From Lachnospiraceae bacterium (GTDB lineage: Bacteria > Bacillota > Clostridia > Lachnospirales > Lachnospiraceae): 64,000 nucleotides of DNA. Numbering within the stretch: the first letter of the stretch is position 1; each line of letters opens with the position of its first letter. Positions 9,355-18,746 of the stretch are shown here, one piece after another. The translations under genes were made by a program, and so were the position numbers. The stretch is from positions 145-64,144 of the forward strand of contig JALEWG010000139.1 of assembly GCA_022788065.1 (NCBI GenBank). Direction: 5' to 3'. A model generated the notes under the pieces. It was not told where the DNA came from and searched no databases. It was given only the letters and a program-made list of their open reading frames with translations.

Positions 9355-9531
9355 ATGATGATGAATGAAAACAAGAATGACTCCATCCAGTGCTCCATCA
9401 AAAACTGCGTGCATCATGCAGGCAGCGTCGATTACTGCACACTGGACAGAATCCATGTGGGCACCCATGAAATGAACCCGACCAAAAAGGAATGCACGGA
9501 CTGTGATTCCTTCCAGTACAAAATGTCATGA
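9355..9531 (+). CDS. DUF1540-type small Cys/His-rich protein (58 aa), absent from the ORF track
   Basis: AAAGGTGGTGA RBS, then ATG at 9355. Translation MMMNENKNDSIQCSIKNCVHHAGSVDYCTLDRIHVGTHEMNPTKKECTDCDSFQYKMS, stop at 9529-9531. Hairpins and a T-run follow. Confidence 0.7.
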   Translation: MMMNENKNDSIQCSIKNCVHHAGSVDYCTLDRIHVGTHEMNPTKKECTDCDSFQYKMS

Positions 9532-9619
9532 CGCGGTAAATAAAAGCCGGCGGGCTTTTTATCATGACAGACCCCGTCAGGCAGACGCCGGATTTTTCCG
9601 ACGCCTGCCTGATTTTTAT

Positions 9620-10252
9620 TTATTTCCCGCCGCAGGTATCTGCCGGTACAGGCTGTTTTCTGTCAAAGCTGGGGTTGAACGCGTAGAAGTTTCTGCTGTC
9701 CAGGCGGTCCTGGAGACCTCGCAGCGCCTCACCGAACCGTTGGAAATGGATGATCTCCCGCTTTCTGAGGAATCGGATCGGTTCGCACACATCCGGATCC
9801 TTCACGACCCGGAGGATATTGTCATATGTGGTTCTGGCTTTCTGTTCTGCTGCCATATCTTCAAAAAGATCCGTGATCGGATCTCCCTTGGACTGGAATT
9901 CGCAGGCATTGAACGGCACACCGCCCGCTGCCTGCGGCCAGATTCCCGCCGTATGATCAATATAGTAGGCTCCGAAGCCCTGCTTCGACAGTTCCTCCGC
10001 CGAAAGATTTCTCGTAAGCTGGTGGACGATCGCCGCAATCATCTCCAGATGTGCCAGTTCTTCTGTGCCGATATCCGTGAGTACCGCTTTCTGCTCCCCG
10101 TACGGCATGGCGTAACGCTGGGAAAGGTACCGCATAGAGGCACCCATCTCACCGTCGGGCCCCCCATACTGACTGATGATATATCTTGCGATCTCCGCGT
10201 TCGGCTCTTTGATATTCACCGGAAACTGAAGCCTTTTTTCATACCTCCACAT
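9620..10252 (-). CDS. cotJC: Manganese-catalase-family spore coat protein CotJC
   Basis: MWRYEKRLQFPVNIKEPN...GEMGASMRYLSQRY...EELAHLEMI is the CotJC/Mn-catalase signature. Last gene of the cotJABC arrangement. Confidence 0.9.
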   Translation of the reverse strand: MWRYEKRLQFPVNIKEPNAEIARYIISQYGGPDGEMGASMRYLSQRYAMPYGEQKAVLTDIGTEELAHLEMIAAIVHQLTRNLSAEELSKQGFGAYYIDHTAGIWPQAAGGVPFNACEFQSKGDPITDLFEDMAAEQKARTTYDNILRVVKDPDVCEPIRFLRKREIIHFQRFGEALRGLQDRLDSRNFYAFNPSFDRKQPVPADTCGGK

Positions 10253-10253
10253 A

Positions 10254-10640
10254 CTAGATTCCTCCTTCCCACGGCCATGGATCTGCCACCCAGTTCCAGT
10301 CTCTTCCGGTCACCTCGTCAGCCATCAGCGGACCGAACTGGCGCTGGTACGCGTCCATGGCGTTTCGCCGCATGGCCGCGGCGTTCCGGAAATACTGCAT
10401 GGCTGCCGCATTATCCGGATGGGTATCCAGAAACAGCTGCGCGTCGTCCATGGCAAAGCTCGCCTCATTAATCTGGCGCATCAGACCGCATCTGGTCTGA
10501 TAGGCGGCCCGGCTGCCCATCATCGGCTGTCCCCTCCGCATATTGCCGGCATACATTCTCTCCGGCATGGGCTGCGTGTTCTGAACAGGCTGCATTCCAC
10601 AGGAAGGATTTTCCCCCATATTTCTGTTATTCATGTTCAT
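10254..10640 (-). CDS. cotJB: Spore coat protein CotJB (start uncertain; Met/Gln/Pro-rich N-terminal extension)
   Basis: The C-terminal part INEASFAMDDAQLFLDTHPDN...FGPL...WNWVADPWPWE matches the CotJB family. Its stop abuts the cotJC start. Confidence 0.8.
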   Translation of the reverse strand: MNMNNRNMGENPSCGMQPVQNTQPMPERMYAGNMRRGQPMMGSRAAYQTRCGLMRQINEASFAMDDAQLFLDTHPDNAAAMQYFRNAAAMRRNAMDAYQRQFGPLMADEVTGRDWNWVADPWPWEGGI

Positions 10641-10881
10641 ATCTGCATCCTCCCATCACAAACGGATAGTCCAGAGACGGAAAAATCGTCCCATGCCTGT
10701 ATCCCATCTCCATGGAATACGGAGTTTCCCAGTTCTGCATCGGCACATAGCCCATTCCGACCGGAAACCGTCCGCGGTCAGACCACATTTCCTGATTCAC
10801 GGGCTGCCCTGCGGGTCGGCTCATGGACAGGTTCATATTCCGGTCCGTCATCACCGGCCTGGAATCCTGATTACAATTCAT
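10627..10881 (-). CDS. cotJA: Spore coat-associated protein CotJA
   Basis: PVGMGYVPMQNWETPYSMEMGYRHGTIFPSLDYPF is the CotJA motif. The ATG at 10881 (MNCNQD) is preferred because AAAAGGAG lies just upstream. The longer ORF runs to 10965. Confidence 0.75.
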   Translation of the reverse strand: MNCNQDSRPVMTDRNMNLSMSRPAGQPVNQEMWSDRGRFPVGMGYVPMQNWETPYSMEMGYRHGTIFPSLDYPFVMGGCRYEHE

Positions 10882-11013
10882 AATTCTGTGCTCCTTTTTC
10901 TGTTGTAATAATACGTTATGCAGAAAAAGCAGTTCCGGGCACAAAAAGCGTTCTGTGCGCACCAAAAATGCCGCCTCCGGTATGGAATTACCGGGGACGG
11001 CAGGTTTTCTGAC

Positions 11014-11436
11014 TTATTCGGAGACCGCTTCCTTCTTTTTCATGTCTCCGGCAAAATATTTCATAATATCCTTTCTCGTGACGATTCCGATAAACGATTT
11101 ATTATCGTCCAGCACAGGAACGAAGTTCTGCTGCATGGCCTTGTCCAGAAGATCCTCCATTTTGCAGTCGGCATATACGGGATAATTGTCTGACCGTCTC
11201 GGAACTGCCATCACAGAGATTCTTTGAGCCTCCTGGAGGTTCAGATTCAGCTGGTTCTTTATGTACCACAAAAGATCACCCTCTGTGAGAGTTCCCACAT
11301 ATCTTCCCTGCCTTGTGAGGATCGGCACCGCCGAATATTTGTGATACTCCATTTTTTCAAGAGCCTGTCTCAGACTTTCCTCATCGTGAATGTACGCCAC
11401 TTCACTCTTTGGAGTCAGAAAGAACAGTATATTCAT
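11014..11436 (-). CDS. CBS-domain pair protein
   Basis: 140 aa, two CBS-like repeats (VPILTRQGRYVGTLTEGDLL; VPVLDDNKSFIGIVTRKDIM). Confidence 0.8.
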   Translation of the reverse strand: MNILFFLTPKSEVAYIHDEESLRQALEKMEYHKYSAVPILTRQGRYVGTLTEGDLLWYIKNQLNLNLQEAQRISVMAVPRRSDNYPVYADCKMEDLLDKAMQQNFVPVLDDNKSFIGIVTRKDIMKYFAGDMKKKEAVSE

Positions 11437-11449
11437 GATTCATCTCCTC

Positions 11450-12046
11450 TTAATAACCCAATTCTTCATTAATAAACAAAATCTCCACTTCCATACCGTT
11501 GCACGGTCGCTCCAGGATTACGGTCGCGTTGCAGATCCGCTCCGGGCTGTTGCAGTTGTAGCACTTATCCCCGCCGTTGGCCGCGCATGGGGTATTTTTC
11601 TTTAACCGCAGGGCGTTTTTCGCCGATGCCACATCCTTTGCCCGTTTCATGGCTGACGGAAGATCCGGTGCGATCTTATTCTTTCCGACCACATAGAAAA
11701 CACGCTTCGGTCCGAACAGGCTTGCGGAAAGGCGGTTTCCGGTCCCGTCGATATTGACGATCTCGCCTGTCTCCGAAACTCCGTTGGCACTCAGGATATA
11801 AGCTTCCGCAGACTGAGCGGCTTTTAAGGTCTCGCGTCCTTTTTCTTTCCAGTGCCAGTAAACCGTATTGTTTTCCTTCAATGCGTCATAAATCCCCATC
11901 TCGTCAGATGTCACGGAACCTCCGAAACCTACGGTCGTTCCCTGAATTTTTTCCTTTAAATATAAAACAGCCTCCTCTTTCGTTTCAAAATAAGAAGTAT
12001 GAAATCTGTGATTTTCAAAATTTTTCTTCAGTACCTGATAATCCAT
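11450..12046 (-). CDS. LUD-domain (lactate-utilisation LutB/C-like, DUF162) protein
   Basis: 198 aa. ANGVSETGEIVNIDGTGNR core typical of LUD_dom, with C-terminal Cys cluster CAANGGDKCYNCNSPERIC. Confidence 0.7.
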   Translation of the reverse strand: MDYQVLKKNFENHRFHTSYFETKEEAVLYLKEKIQGTTVGFGGSVTSDEMGIYDALKENNTVYWHWKEKGRETLKAAQSAEAYILSANGVSETGEIVNIDGTGNRLSASLFGPKRVFYVVGKNKIAPDLPSAMKRAKDVASAKNALRLKKNTPCAANGGDKCYNCNSPERICNATVILERPCNGMEVEILFINEELGY

Positions 12047-12218
12047 GATGAATTCCTCCTGTATTTTTGCAGAGTTGTCTTTCTATCTTTATACATTTTA
12101 CCATATAGCGCTGTATTTTTCACGAATTCTCTGTGAACTTTTTCTTAAAATTCCATTATCATCACGCCGTAAAAGGCAGCCGGATCCTTCGGCTGCCTTT
12201 CGATGAAACCCATACCCG

Positions 12219-13013
12219 TCACTCCAGATAATCCAGAGCGTCGACCGGCTTCCCATCTTTTTGTAGTTCAAAATACAGATTGATTCCCTCGATCGTATAA
12301 TATTTGGTCGGCTCCGCGATGTATCCCAGAACATCGCCCCGGTGAAGGTATTCATTTTCTACCACCGGAATCTCCTTTAACTGGCCGCAGACTGCCGTGT
12401 AGGAATTTCCCAGATCCAGCCGGACAAAATTGCCGGTCTCCTCATTATTCCCGATCTCCAGAACCTTCGCGTCCGCAGGCGCAAAGACGGGTGTACTCAC
12501 CTCGCTCTGAATCACATTGGCCGGGTTGCATTTGTACTGCTCCAGCGTCGGAAAATACGTGGTCTGGTCCATGCTGTAGCCGAGGATCACATTTCCGTGC
12601 ACCGGCCAGAGCATTTTCTCTGCCTCTGTAAAATCAAGAATGAGGGAACTGTCCGCAGCAGCTCCCGCTTCCCGGGCGCCTGCATCCGTTTCTGCACTCT
12701 CCGCGGTCACGCGTTCCGCATTCCCGGCCTCCTTTGCCGACTCCTCATAAAAGTCTTCTGCGGACTCTCCGGCAGCTGCCTCCCGGATCGACTCATTACC
12801 GTCCCGGGATTCCTCCGGAAGCAGTCCCGCCGTCTCATCCTGCGCAATAATACCGTCAGATTCCCGAATCTCCAGATACGGGCTTTCCTCCATCTCCCGG
12901 TTTCCTTTCCGGATTCTCACCGTGCCCGCCGCCGCAACAATGGCGATCAGGCTCAGTACAAGCATGACAAGAATAAATTTGTCTTTAAAAAGCTGATTGA
13001 CTCTGTCTTTCAC
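12219..13013 (-). CDS. Membrane-anchored degenerate LytM (M23-like) domain protein, SpoIIQ-like architecture
   Basis: N-terminal TM (FILVMLVLSLIAIVAAAG), an acidic low-complexity linker, then a C-terminal LytM fold. The HxxxD, YxHL and HxH zinc-ligand positions read NPANV, CGQL and NLY. Confidence 0.7.
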   Translation of the reverse strand: MKDRVNQLFKDKFILVMLVLSLIAIVAAAGTVRIRKGNREMEESPYLEIRESDGIIAQDETAGLLPEESRDGNESIREAAAGESAEDFYEESAKEAGNAERVTAESAETDAGAREAGAAADSSLILDFTEAEKMLWPVHGNVILGYSMDQTTYFPTLEQYKCNPANVIQSEVSTPVFAPADAKVLEIGNNEETGNFVRLDLGNSYTAVCGQLKEIPVVENEYLHRGDVLGYIAEPTKYYTIEGINLYFELQKDGKPVDALDYLE

Positions 13014-13108
13014 GTTTTATCACCTCGATACTATTCTTGCCAGAGTTTCACAGCTTATACAGAGAAAATGAAAGACAGAAACAAAATAACCGGGAAAAGC
13101 AGAAAAAT

Positions 13109-13137
13109 TTGACATTTCCATTCATGTAATCTAAAAT
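13109..13137 (+). promoter_or_regulatory. Sigma-A-type promoter TTGACA-17-TAAAAT for the ABC-F gene
   Basis: -35 at 13109-13114, -10 at 13132-13137, about 45 nt upstream of the ATG at 13182. Confidence 0.6.
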
Positions 13138-13181
13138 AGATAAATGACTGACAGAATCTCAGAACAGTTACGGAGGATCTC

Positions 13182-15206
13182 ATGTTATATCAGATCAGCA
13201 ACGGCGCCGTTGAACTGGGCGCCGAACTAATATTAAAAAAAATCAACTTTGAAATCCGCGATACGGAAAAGATCGCTGTTGTAGGCCGGAACGGCTGCGG
13301 CAAGACCACGCTTCTTAAACTGATCGCAGGTGAAATCGACCTGCTGAAGCGGGACAGTGACGAGGATGTGTTTATCGCAAAAGCCGGCAATCCGGAGATC
13401 GGCTATTTAAAGCAGATGGCGTTCGAGGACAATACCATCACCGTTGACGAGGAAATCCGGAAGGTGTTCCGTCCCATTCTTGCCATGCAGGAGCGCATGG
13501 AGACACTGTTAAATAAAATGAATGAGGAGACACTGGATCCCAACGCGGACGAGGAACTCCATGCCAGAGAGATAAGAGAATACACCGCGCTTCAGGAGGA
13601 ATTCGAAAGCATCGGCGGCTACTATTATGAAAAGGAATATGAAACCATGCTCCGCCAGTTCGGTTTTTCCGAGGAGGACAAGTACCGCCCGTTAAATGAA
13701 TTTTCCGGCGGACAGCAGACAAAGCTTGCCTTTATCCGCCTGCTTCTCAGCAAACCGGATATCCTGCTTCTGGACGAGCCCACCAACCATCTGGATATCT
13801 CCACGATCGAGTGGCTGGAGGGATACCTGAAAAACTACAAAAAGGCCGTCGTCATCGTATCTCATGACCGGATGTTTCTGGACCGGGTCGTGGATGTGGT
13901 CTATGAGATTGAATACAAGACTCTCAAACGCTATCCCGGTAACTACACCAAATTTATGGAGACCAAGCGGGCCAACTATGAAAAGCAGAAGAAGGACTAC
14001 GAGCTCCAGCAGAAGGAGATCGCACGCCTGGAAATGATTGTGGAAAAATACAAGAACACGCCGACCAAGGTAGCCATGACTCGCTCAAAATTAAAGCAGA
14101 TCGAGCACATGGAAAAGATCGAGGCCCCGGACCGCTTCGACACCCAGACCTTCCACGCAAATTTCACGCCCAACCGGGACACCGGCAAGGAAGTTCTTCG
14201 GGTGACCAATCTGGAGATCGGTTACGATAAAGTAATCTCCAAAGTCAACATGACCCAGTATAAAAAACAGCGGATCGGCATTATCGGTGGAAACGGTCTC
14301 GGAAAATCCACCTTTTTAAAGACGCTGGTGGGCATTATCCCGCCGCTGGGAGGAGAGTATTCCTTCGGCTATCAGGTTGATGTGGGATATTTTGACCAGC
14401 AGATGGCGCAGTATACAAGCACGAAGACCGTGCTCGACGAATTCTGGGACGAATATCCGAATCTGGACCGGACAGAAGTCCGCTCCTCGCTGGGTGCGTT
14501 CCAGTTCAGCCAGGATGAGGTCTTCAAGACCGTGGACATGCTCTCCGGCGGCGAGAAAGTCCGCCTGGCACTCTGCAAGATCTTCAAGACAAAACCGAAT
14601 TTCCTGATTCTAGACGAGCCGACCAACCATATGGACATCGTTGGGAAAGAAACGTTAGAAGCCATGCTGCGGGATTTCCCGGGAAGTGTCCTGTTCGTAT
14701 CCCATGACCGGTATTTCATCAAGCAGATCGCCGATTCCCTCCTCGTTTTTGAGGATGGCGTGGTGACCTACCTGCCTTACGGCTACGAGGAATACATGGA
14801 ACGAAAGAACGGCACCTACGGCGCCTCTGTGGACCGGGAGCGTCTTGCCGCATCGGAAGCAGCAAACCAGGCAAAAGCAAAAGCGGAGCAGGCGGCGAAA
14901 GCTTTACGGCAGGCTGCTGCCAATCCGGACCCCGTTTCTGTACAGAAAGGAAAAGAATCCTATGCCCTCGGCAAGGAGGTTTCCCGTCTGGAAAAGAAGC
15001 TGAAAAAATCCGAGGAGCAGATCGCCGCACTGGAGGAGGCCGTCGCGGCTAAGAAGGAAGAGCTTCTCCTGCCGGAAAACGCCAGCCGTTACTCCAGACT
15101 GGAAGCGATCTCCGCGGAAATAGAAACCATGGAAACCGAACTCCTCACGCTCATGGAAGAGTGGGAAACACTGGATCAGCAGCTCTCCTCCCTCTCCCGG
15201 GAATAG
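13182..15206 (+). CDS. ABC-F family ATPase (two ABC domains, no TM) with a long C-terminal coiled-coil tail
   Basis: Two Walker A motifs (GRNGCGKTT, GGNGLGKST), two signatures (FSGGQQTK, LSGGEKVR), an inter-domain linker, and a Lys/Glu/Ala-rich tail. Confidence 0.9.
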   Translation: MLYQISNGAVELGAELILKKINFEIRDTEKIAVVGRNGCGKTTLLKLIAGEIDLLKRDSDEDVFIAKAGNPEIGYLKQMAFEDNTITVDEEIRKVFRPILAMQERMETLLNKMNEETLDPNADEELHAREIREYTALQEEFESIGGYYYEKEYETMLRQFGFSEEDKYRPLNEFSGGQQTKLAFIRLLLSKPDILLLDEPTNHLDISTIEWLEGYLKNYKKAVVIVSHDRMFLDRVVDVVYEIEYKTLKRYPGNYTKFMETKRANYEKQKKDYELQQKEIARLEMIVEKYKNTPTKVAMTRSKLKQIEHMEKIEAPDRFDTQTFHANFTPNRDTGKEVLRVTNLEIGYDKVISKVNMTQYKKQRIGIIGGNGLGKSTFLKTLVGIIPPLGGEYSFGYQVDVGYFDQQMAQYTSTKTVLDEFWDEYPNLDRTEVRSSLGAFQFSQDEVFKTVDMLSGGEKVRLALCKIFKTKPNFLILDEPTNHMDIVGKETLEAMLRDFPGSVLFVSHDRYFIKQIADSLLVFEDGVVTYLPYGYEEYMERKNGTYGASVDRERLAASEAANQAKAKAEQAAKALRQAAANPDPVSVQKGKESYALGKEVSRLEKKLKKSEEQIAALEEAVAAKKEELLLPENASRYSRLEAISAEIETMETELLTLMEEWETLDQQLSSLSRE

Positions 15207-15210
15207 AGCG

Positions 15211-16158
15211 CTATCCTTTTATAATCTCGATATTCTGAAAATAGCAGGAAAGCAGCTCCTCGTAGTTCTTTCCTGCTTTTTCCATTTCCCTGGCCCCGGC
15301 CTGTGAAAACCCGTAGCCGTGGCCGATTCCTTTGCAGATCACCCGGATCTTCCCGTCAAATTCCTCAAATGAATAGCAGGGGGAGGAGAGTCCCAGGGCA
15401 TACTGCACCTCCTCGCCGGTATATGTCTTCTGTCCGATCTGGATCTGTTTCACGTAACCGGCGCTATCCCGCTCCGCGATCTGGATCTCCCCGGGAAGCT
15501 GTGCCGCTGTGACAGGGACCGCCCCCGGAATCCCGCCGATCCGTTCCGCCAGTGTCTCTGCTGAAAAGACCGAAATACTCAGATATCCGTCTGCCAGAAG
15601 ATCGCCCGGACTCTCCGTCTGTTTCAGATACGGATAGTCCTCGCCTCTCATCCTCGTGCGCCCCGCCGAAGCCCGGCAGAAAAGAGGTTCGATCAAAGCT
15701 CCCTGGCAGGTGATCACCTGCCCCTCCGTCTCCTGTACCGCAGTCCGGAGCGCATCATACCGCGAAGCGAAATTTCCGCTTCCCCACAGCTTCACCATCT
15801 GGTCACGGCTCAGCACGTCCATGTCCAACGCCTCCTCATAGATCGTTTCCGCACCGTCCATTTCCCTGTATATGTAGGTTCTGGCCAGAACCGCCTGTGC
15901 TTTCAATGTTTCCGGCCCGAAATCCGCGGGAATCTGGGCTGCCAGAACCGGCACCAGAAATTCCTCCACAGGGACCGCCGTTTCCCTCCCGTTGTTCACC
16001 GTGATCACGCATCGTTCCCCGGCCGTTCCCGGCCTTCCTCCCTCTGCCTGACTGCCGATTCCGGGAGCGATCTCCCCGTTAAGCCTGCCTGTCCATGCTA
16101 ACGTCGTCACATAGGGAATCAGTACCATAAGAGTCAGTACCACCATAAACCGTTTCAT
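15211..16158 (-). CDS. spoIID: SpoIID/LytB-domain protein (stage II sporulation protein D-like)
   Basis: LKAQAVLARTYIY and GHGYGFSQAGA motifs. The start at 16158 (MKRFMVVLTLMVL signal/TM) is preferred over 16179 because a CATAGACT -10-like box lies at 16189-16196. Confidence 0.8.
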   Translation of the reverse strand: MKRFMVVLTLMVLIPYVTTLAWTGRLNGEIAPGIGSQAEGGRPGTAGERCVITVNNGRETAVPVEEFLVPVLAAQIPADFGPETLKAQAVLARTYIYREMDGAETIYEEALDMDVLSRDQMVKLWGSGNFASRYDALRTAVQETEGQVITCQGALIEPLFCRASAGRTRMRGEDYPYLKQTESPGDLLADGYLSISVFSAETLAERIGGIPGAVPVTAAQLPGEIQIAERDSAGYVKQIQIGQKTYTGEEVQYALGLSSPCYSFEEFDGKIRVICKGIGHGYGFSQAGAREMEKAGKNYEELLSCYFQNIEIIKG

Positions 16159-16227
16159 AAAAAAGCCCGCCTCATACACTTTTTCTAAAGTCTATGAAAC
16201 GGGCTCCGTATTTAGAACCGCTTTTCT

Positions 16228-18681
16228 TTACAGTTCAACTTTCACTTTTTCCAGATGCCAGATATCCTTTACGTACTCTTCAATCGTACGGTCAGAGGAG
16301 AACTTGCCGCTGCATGCCGTGTTGAGAATCGCGGTCTTTGCCCACCATTTCTCATCGCGGTACGCCTTGTCGATCTTCGCCTCCGCTTCTGCGTAGGAAC
16401 GGAAATCCTTTAAAATAAAGTACGTATCCGCACGGTCGCTGGACTGTGTATTTAAGAGAGAATTGTAGATATCGCGGAACAGCTCCGGATCCTGCGGCGC
16501 ATAGTAGCCGTTGATCAGCTGCATCAGCACACGGCGGATATCCTGATCGCTGTTAAAGATCTCCATCGGATCATAGCCGCCATTCTTCTCCCAGTTGATG
16601 ATCTCATCGGAGGATGCGCCGAAGATGAACATATTCTCCTCTCCGACTTCCTCTGCCATCTCCACGTTGGCGCCGTCCATGGTTCCGATGGTCAGGGCGC
16701 CGTTTAGCATGAACTTCATGTTGCCGGTACCGGAGGCCTCCTTGGAAGCCGTGGAGATCTGTTCGCTGACGTCAGCAGCCGCAAAGATCATCTCTGCGTT
16801 GGATACGCGGTAATCCTCGATAAATACGACCTTGATCTTTCCGTTGATGGTCTTATCATTGTTGATCACGTCGGCAACGGCGTTGATCAGCTTGATGGTC
16901 AGCTTCGCGCGCTTATATCCGGCAGCCGCCTTTGCGCCGAAAATGAAGGTACGCGGGATCATATCCATGTTCGGATTGTCCTTTAACTGGTTGTAGAGGT
17001 ACATCACGTGCAGGATATTCATAAGCTGACGCTTGTATTCGTGAAGTCTCTTGACCTGAACATCAAAGATAGAGCGCGGATCCACATCGATGCCGTTGTG
17101 CTCCTTAATGTAAGCCGCAAGGCGCAGCTTGTTATGGTACTTGATGTTCATGAATTCCTGCTGACATTTCTCGTCATCGGCATATACAGCCAGCTTTTTG
17201 ATCTGTGACAGGTCGGTGATCCACTCATTTCCGATCTTATCCGTTACCCAGTCTGCCAGCTCCGGATTTCCGTGGAGCAGGAAACGTCTCTGGGTGATAC
17301 CGTTTGTCTTGTTGTTGAACTTCTGCGGCATCATCTCGTAGAAGTCCTTTAATTCCTGCTTCTTTAAGATCTCCGTGTGAAGTCTCGCAACGCCGTTTAC
17401 AGAAAAGCTGCCGACGATCGCCAGATGCGCCATGCGTACCTGTCCGTCATAGATGACAGCCATTTTACGAATCTTCTCATTGTCGCCCGGATATGCCTTC
17501 TTGATCTCCTCGATAAAGCGGCGGTTGATCTCCTCCACGATCTGATAGATACGCGGAAGCAGGCGGGAGAACAGCTCGATCGGCCATTTTTCCAGTGCCT
17601 CGGACATAATGGTATGGTTAGTGTAAGCGCAGGTCTTCGTGGTGATATCCCATGCCTCGCTCCACTCCAGGCCCTCCTCGTCGATGAGGATACGCATCAG
17701 CTCCGCAACCGCTACGGTCGGGTGGGTATCGTTCATCTGGAAAGCAACCTTCTCATAGAGCTTTCTGATATCGTCATGACCTTCCTTATATTTTTTCACT
17801 GCTCTCTGCACACTGGCAGAGATGAAGAAATACTGCTGTTTCAGACGCAGTTCCTTGCCTGCGTAATGGTTGTCATTGGGGTACAGAACCTCAACCAGTG
17901 TCTTTGCGAGGTTTTCCTGCTCAACGGCCTTCTGGTAATTTCCCTTGTCAAACTGACTTAAGTCAAAGGTATTCACCGGCTGTGCATCCCAGATTCTAAG
18001 AGAGTTTACCACGTTGTTGCCGTAGCCGACGATCGGAATATCATACGGAACCGCCATAACGGACTGGTAGCCCTTCTGGACAAAATGGTTTCTCTTTCCA
18101 TCCCATACGGTCTCCACGTAACCGCCGAATTTTACCTCAGTCGCATACTCCGCGCGGCGGATCTCAAACGGATAACCGTCCCGCAACCACTCGTCCGGAA
18201 CCTCGATCTGGTAACCGTCCTTGATCTGCTGCTTGAACATGCCGTAACGGTAGCGGATTCCGCAGCCGTAAGCCGGATACCCCAGTGTTGCAAGAGAATC
18301 CAGGAAGCACGCCGCCAGACGGCCAAGACCGCCATTTCCCAGCGCCGGATCTCTCTCCTGGTCCTCGATGGAGTTCAGATCAAAACCAAGCTCCTTTAAT
18401 GCCTCGGAGATCTCGGTCTGCTCGCAGAGGCTGATGATATTATTTCCGAGGAAGCGGCCGGTTAAGAATTCCATGGACATATAATATACGGTCTTGACAT
18501 CCTGCTTTTCATATTCCTTGTGAGTCGCGATCCAGCGATCGATGATCATGTCCTTGACCGCCAGGGAAACAGCCTGATATACCTGCTGCGGAGTCGCCTC
18601 ATCGATGGTTCTGCGGTACAGGTTCTTCACATTGTATACTACGCTCTTTTTAAACTCTTCTTTATCAATTATGTTGTTCAC
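16228..18681 (-). CDS. glgP: Glycogen/alpha-glucan phosphorylase
   Basis: 817 aa. Contains ...EASGTGNMKFMLNGALTIGTMDGANVE, the PLP-site signature of GT35 phosphorylases. GTG start after GGGAGGA. Confidence 0.95.
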   Translation of the reverse strand: MNNIIDKEEFKKSVVYNVKNLYRRTIDEATPQQVYQAVSLAVKDMIIDRWIATHKEYEKQDVKTVYYMSMEFLTGRFLGNNIISLCEQTEISEALKELGFDLNSIEDQERDPALGNGGLGRLAACFLDSLATLGYPAYGCGIRYRYGMFKQQIKDGYQIEVPDEWLRDGYPFEIRRAEYATEVKFGGYVETVWDGKRNHFVQKGYQSVMAVPYDIPIVGYGNNVVNSLRIWDAQPVNTFDLSQFDKGNYQKAVEQENLAKTLVEVLYPNDNHYAGKELRLKQQYFFISASVQRAVKKYKEGHDDIRKLYEKVAFQMNDTHPTVAVAELMRILIDEEGLEWSEAWDITTKTCAYTNHTIMSEALEKWPIELFSRLLPRIYQIVEEINRRFIEEIKKAYPGDNEKIRKMAVIYDGQVRMAHLAIVGSFSVNGVARLHTEILKKQELKDFYEMMPQKFNNKTNGITQRRFLLHGNPELADWVTDKIGNEWITDLSQIKKLAVYADDEKCQQEFMNIKYHNKLRLAAYIKEHNGIDVDPRSIFDVQVKRLHEYKRQLMNILHVMYLYNQLKDNPNMDMIPRTFIFGAKAAAGYKRAKLTIKLINAVADVINNDKTINGKIKVVFIEDYRVSNAEMIFAAADVSEQISTASKEASGTGNMKFMLNGALTIGTMDGANVEMAEEVGEENMFIFGASSDEIINWEKNGGYDPMEIFNSDQDIRRVLMQLINGYYAPQDPELFRDIYNSLLNTQSSDRADTYFILKDFRSYAEAEAKIDKAYRDEKWWAKTAILNTACSGKFSSDRTIEEYVKDIWHLEKVKVEL

Positions 18682-18746
18682 GTCAAAGTCCTCCCAATTT
18701 TAATCGCACAGCCCCGCCGGGCAGCGGGACCGCGCGGTTATATCTG

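Noticed and set aside
13020-13181. Possible antibiotic-responsive leader (uORF/attenuator), as seen upstream of resistance ABC-F genes
   Set aside because: The promoter sits only about 45 nt from the ATG. There is no leader peptide and no terminator/antiterminator pair. This looks like a housekeeping ABC-F gene.
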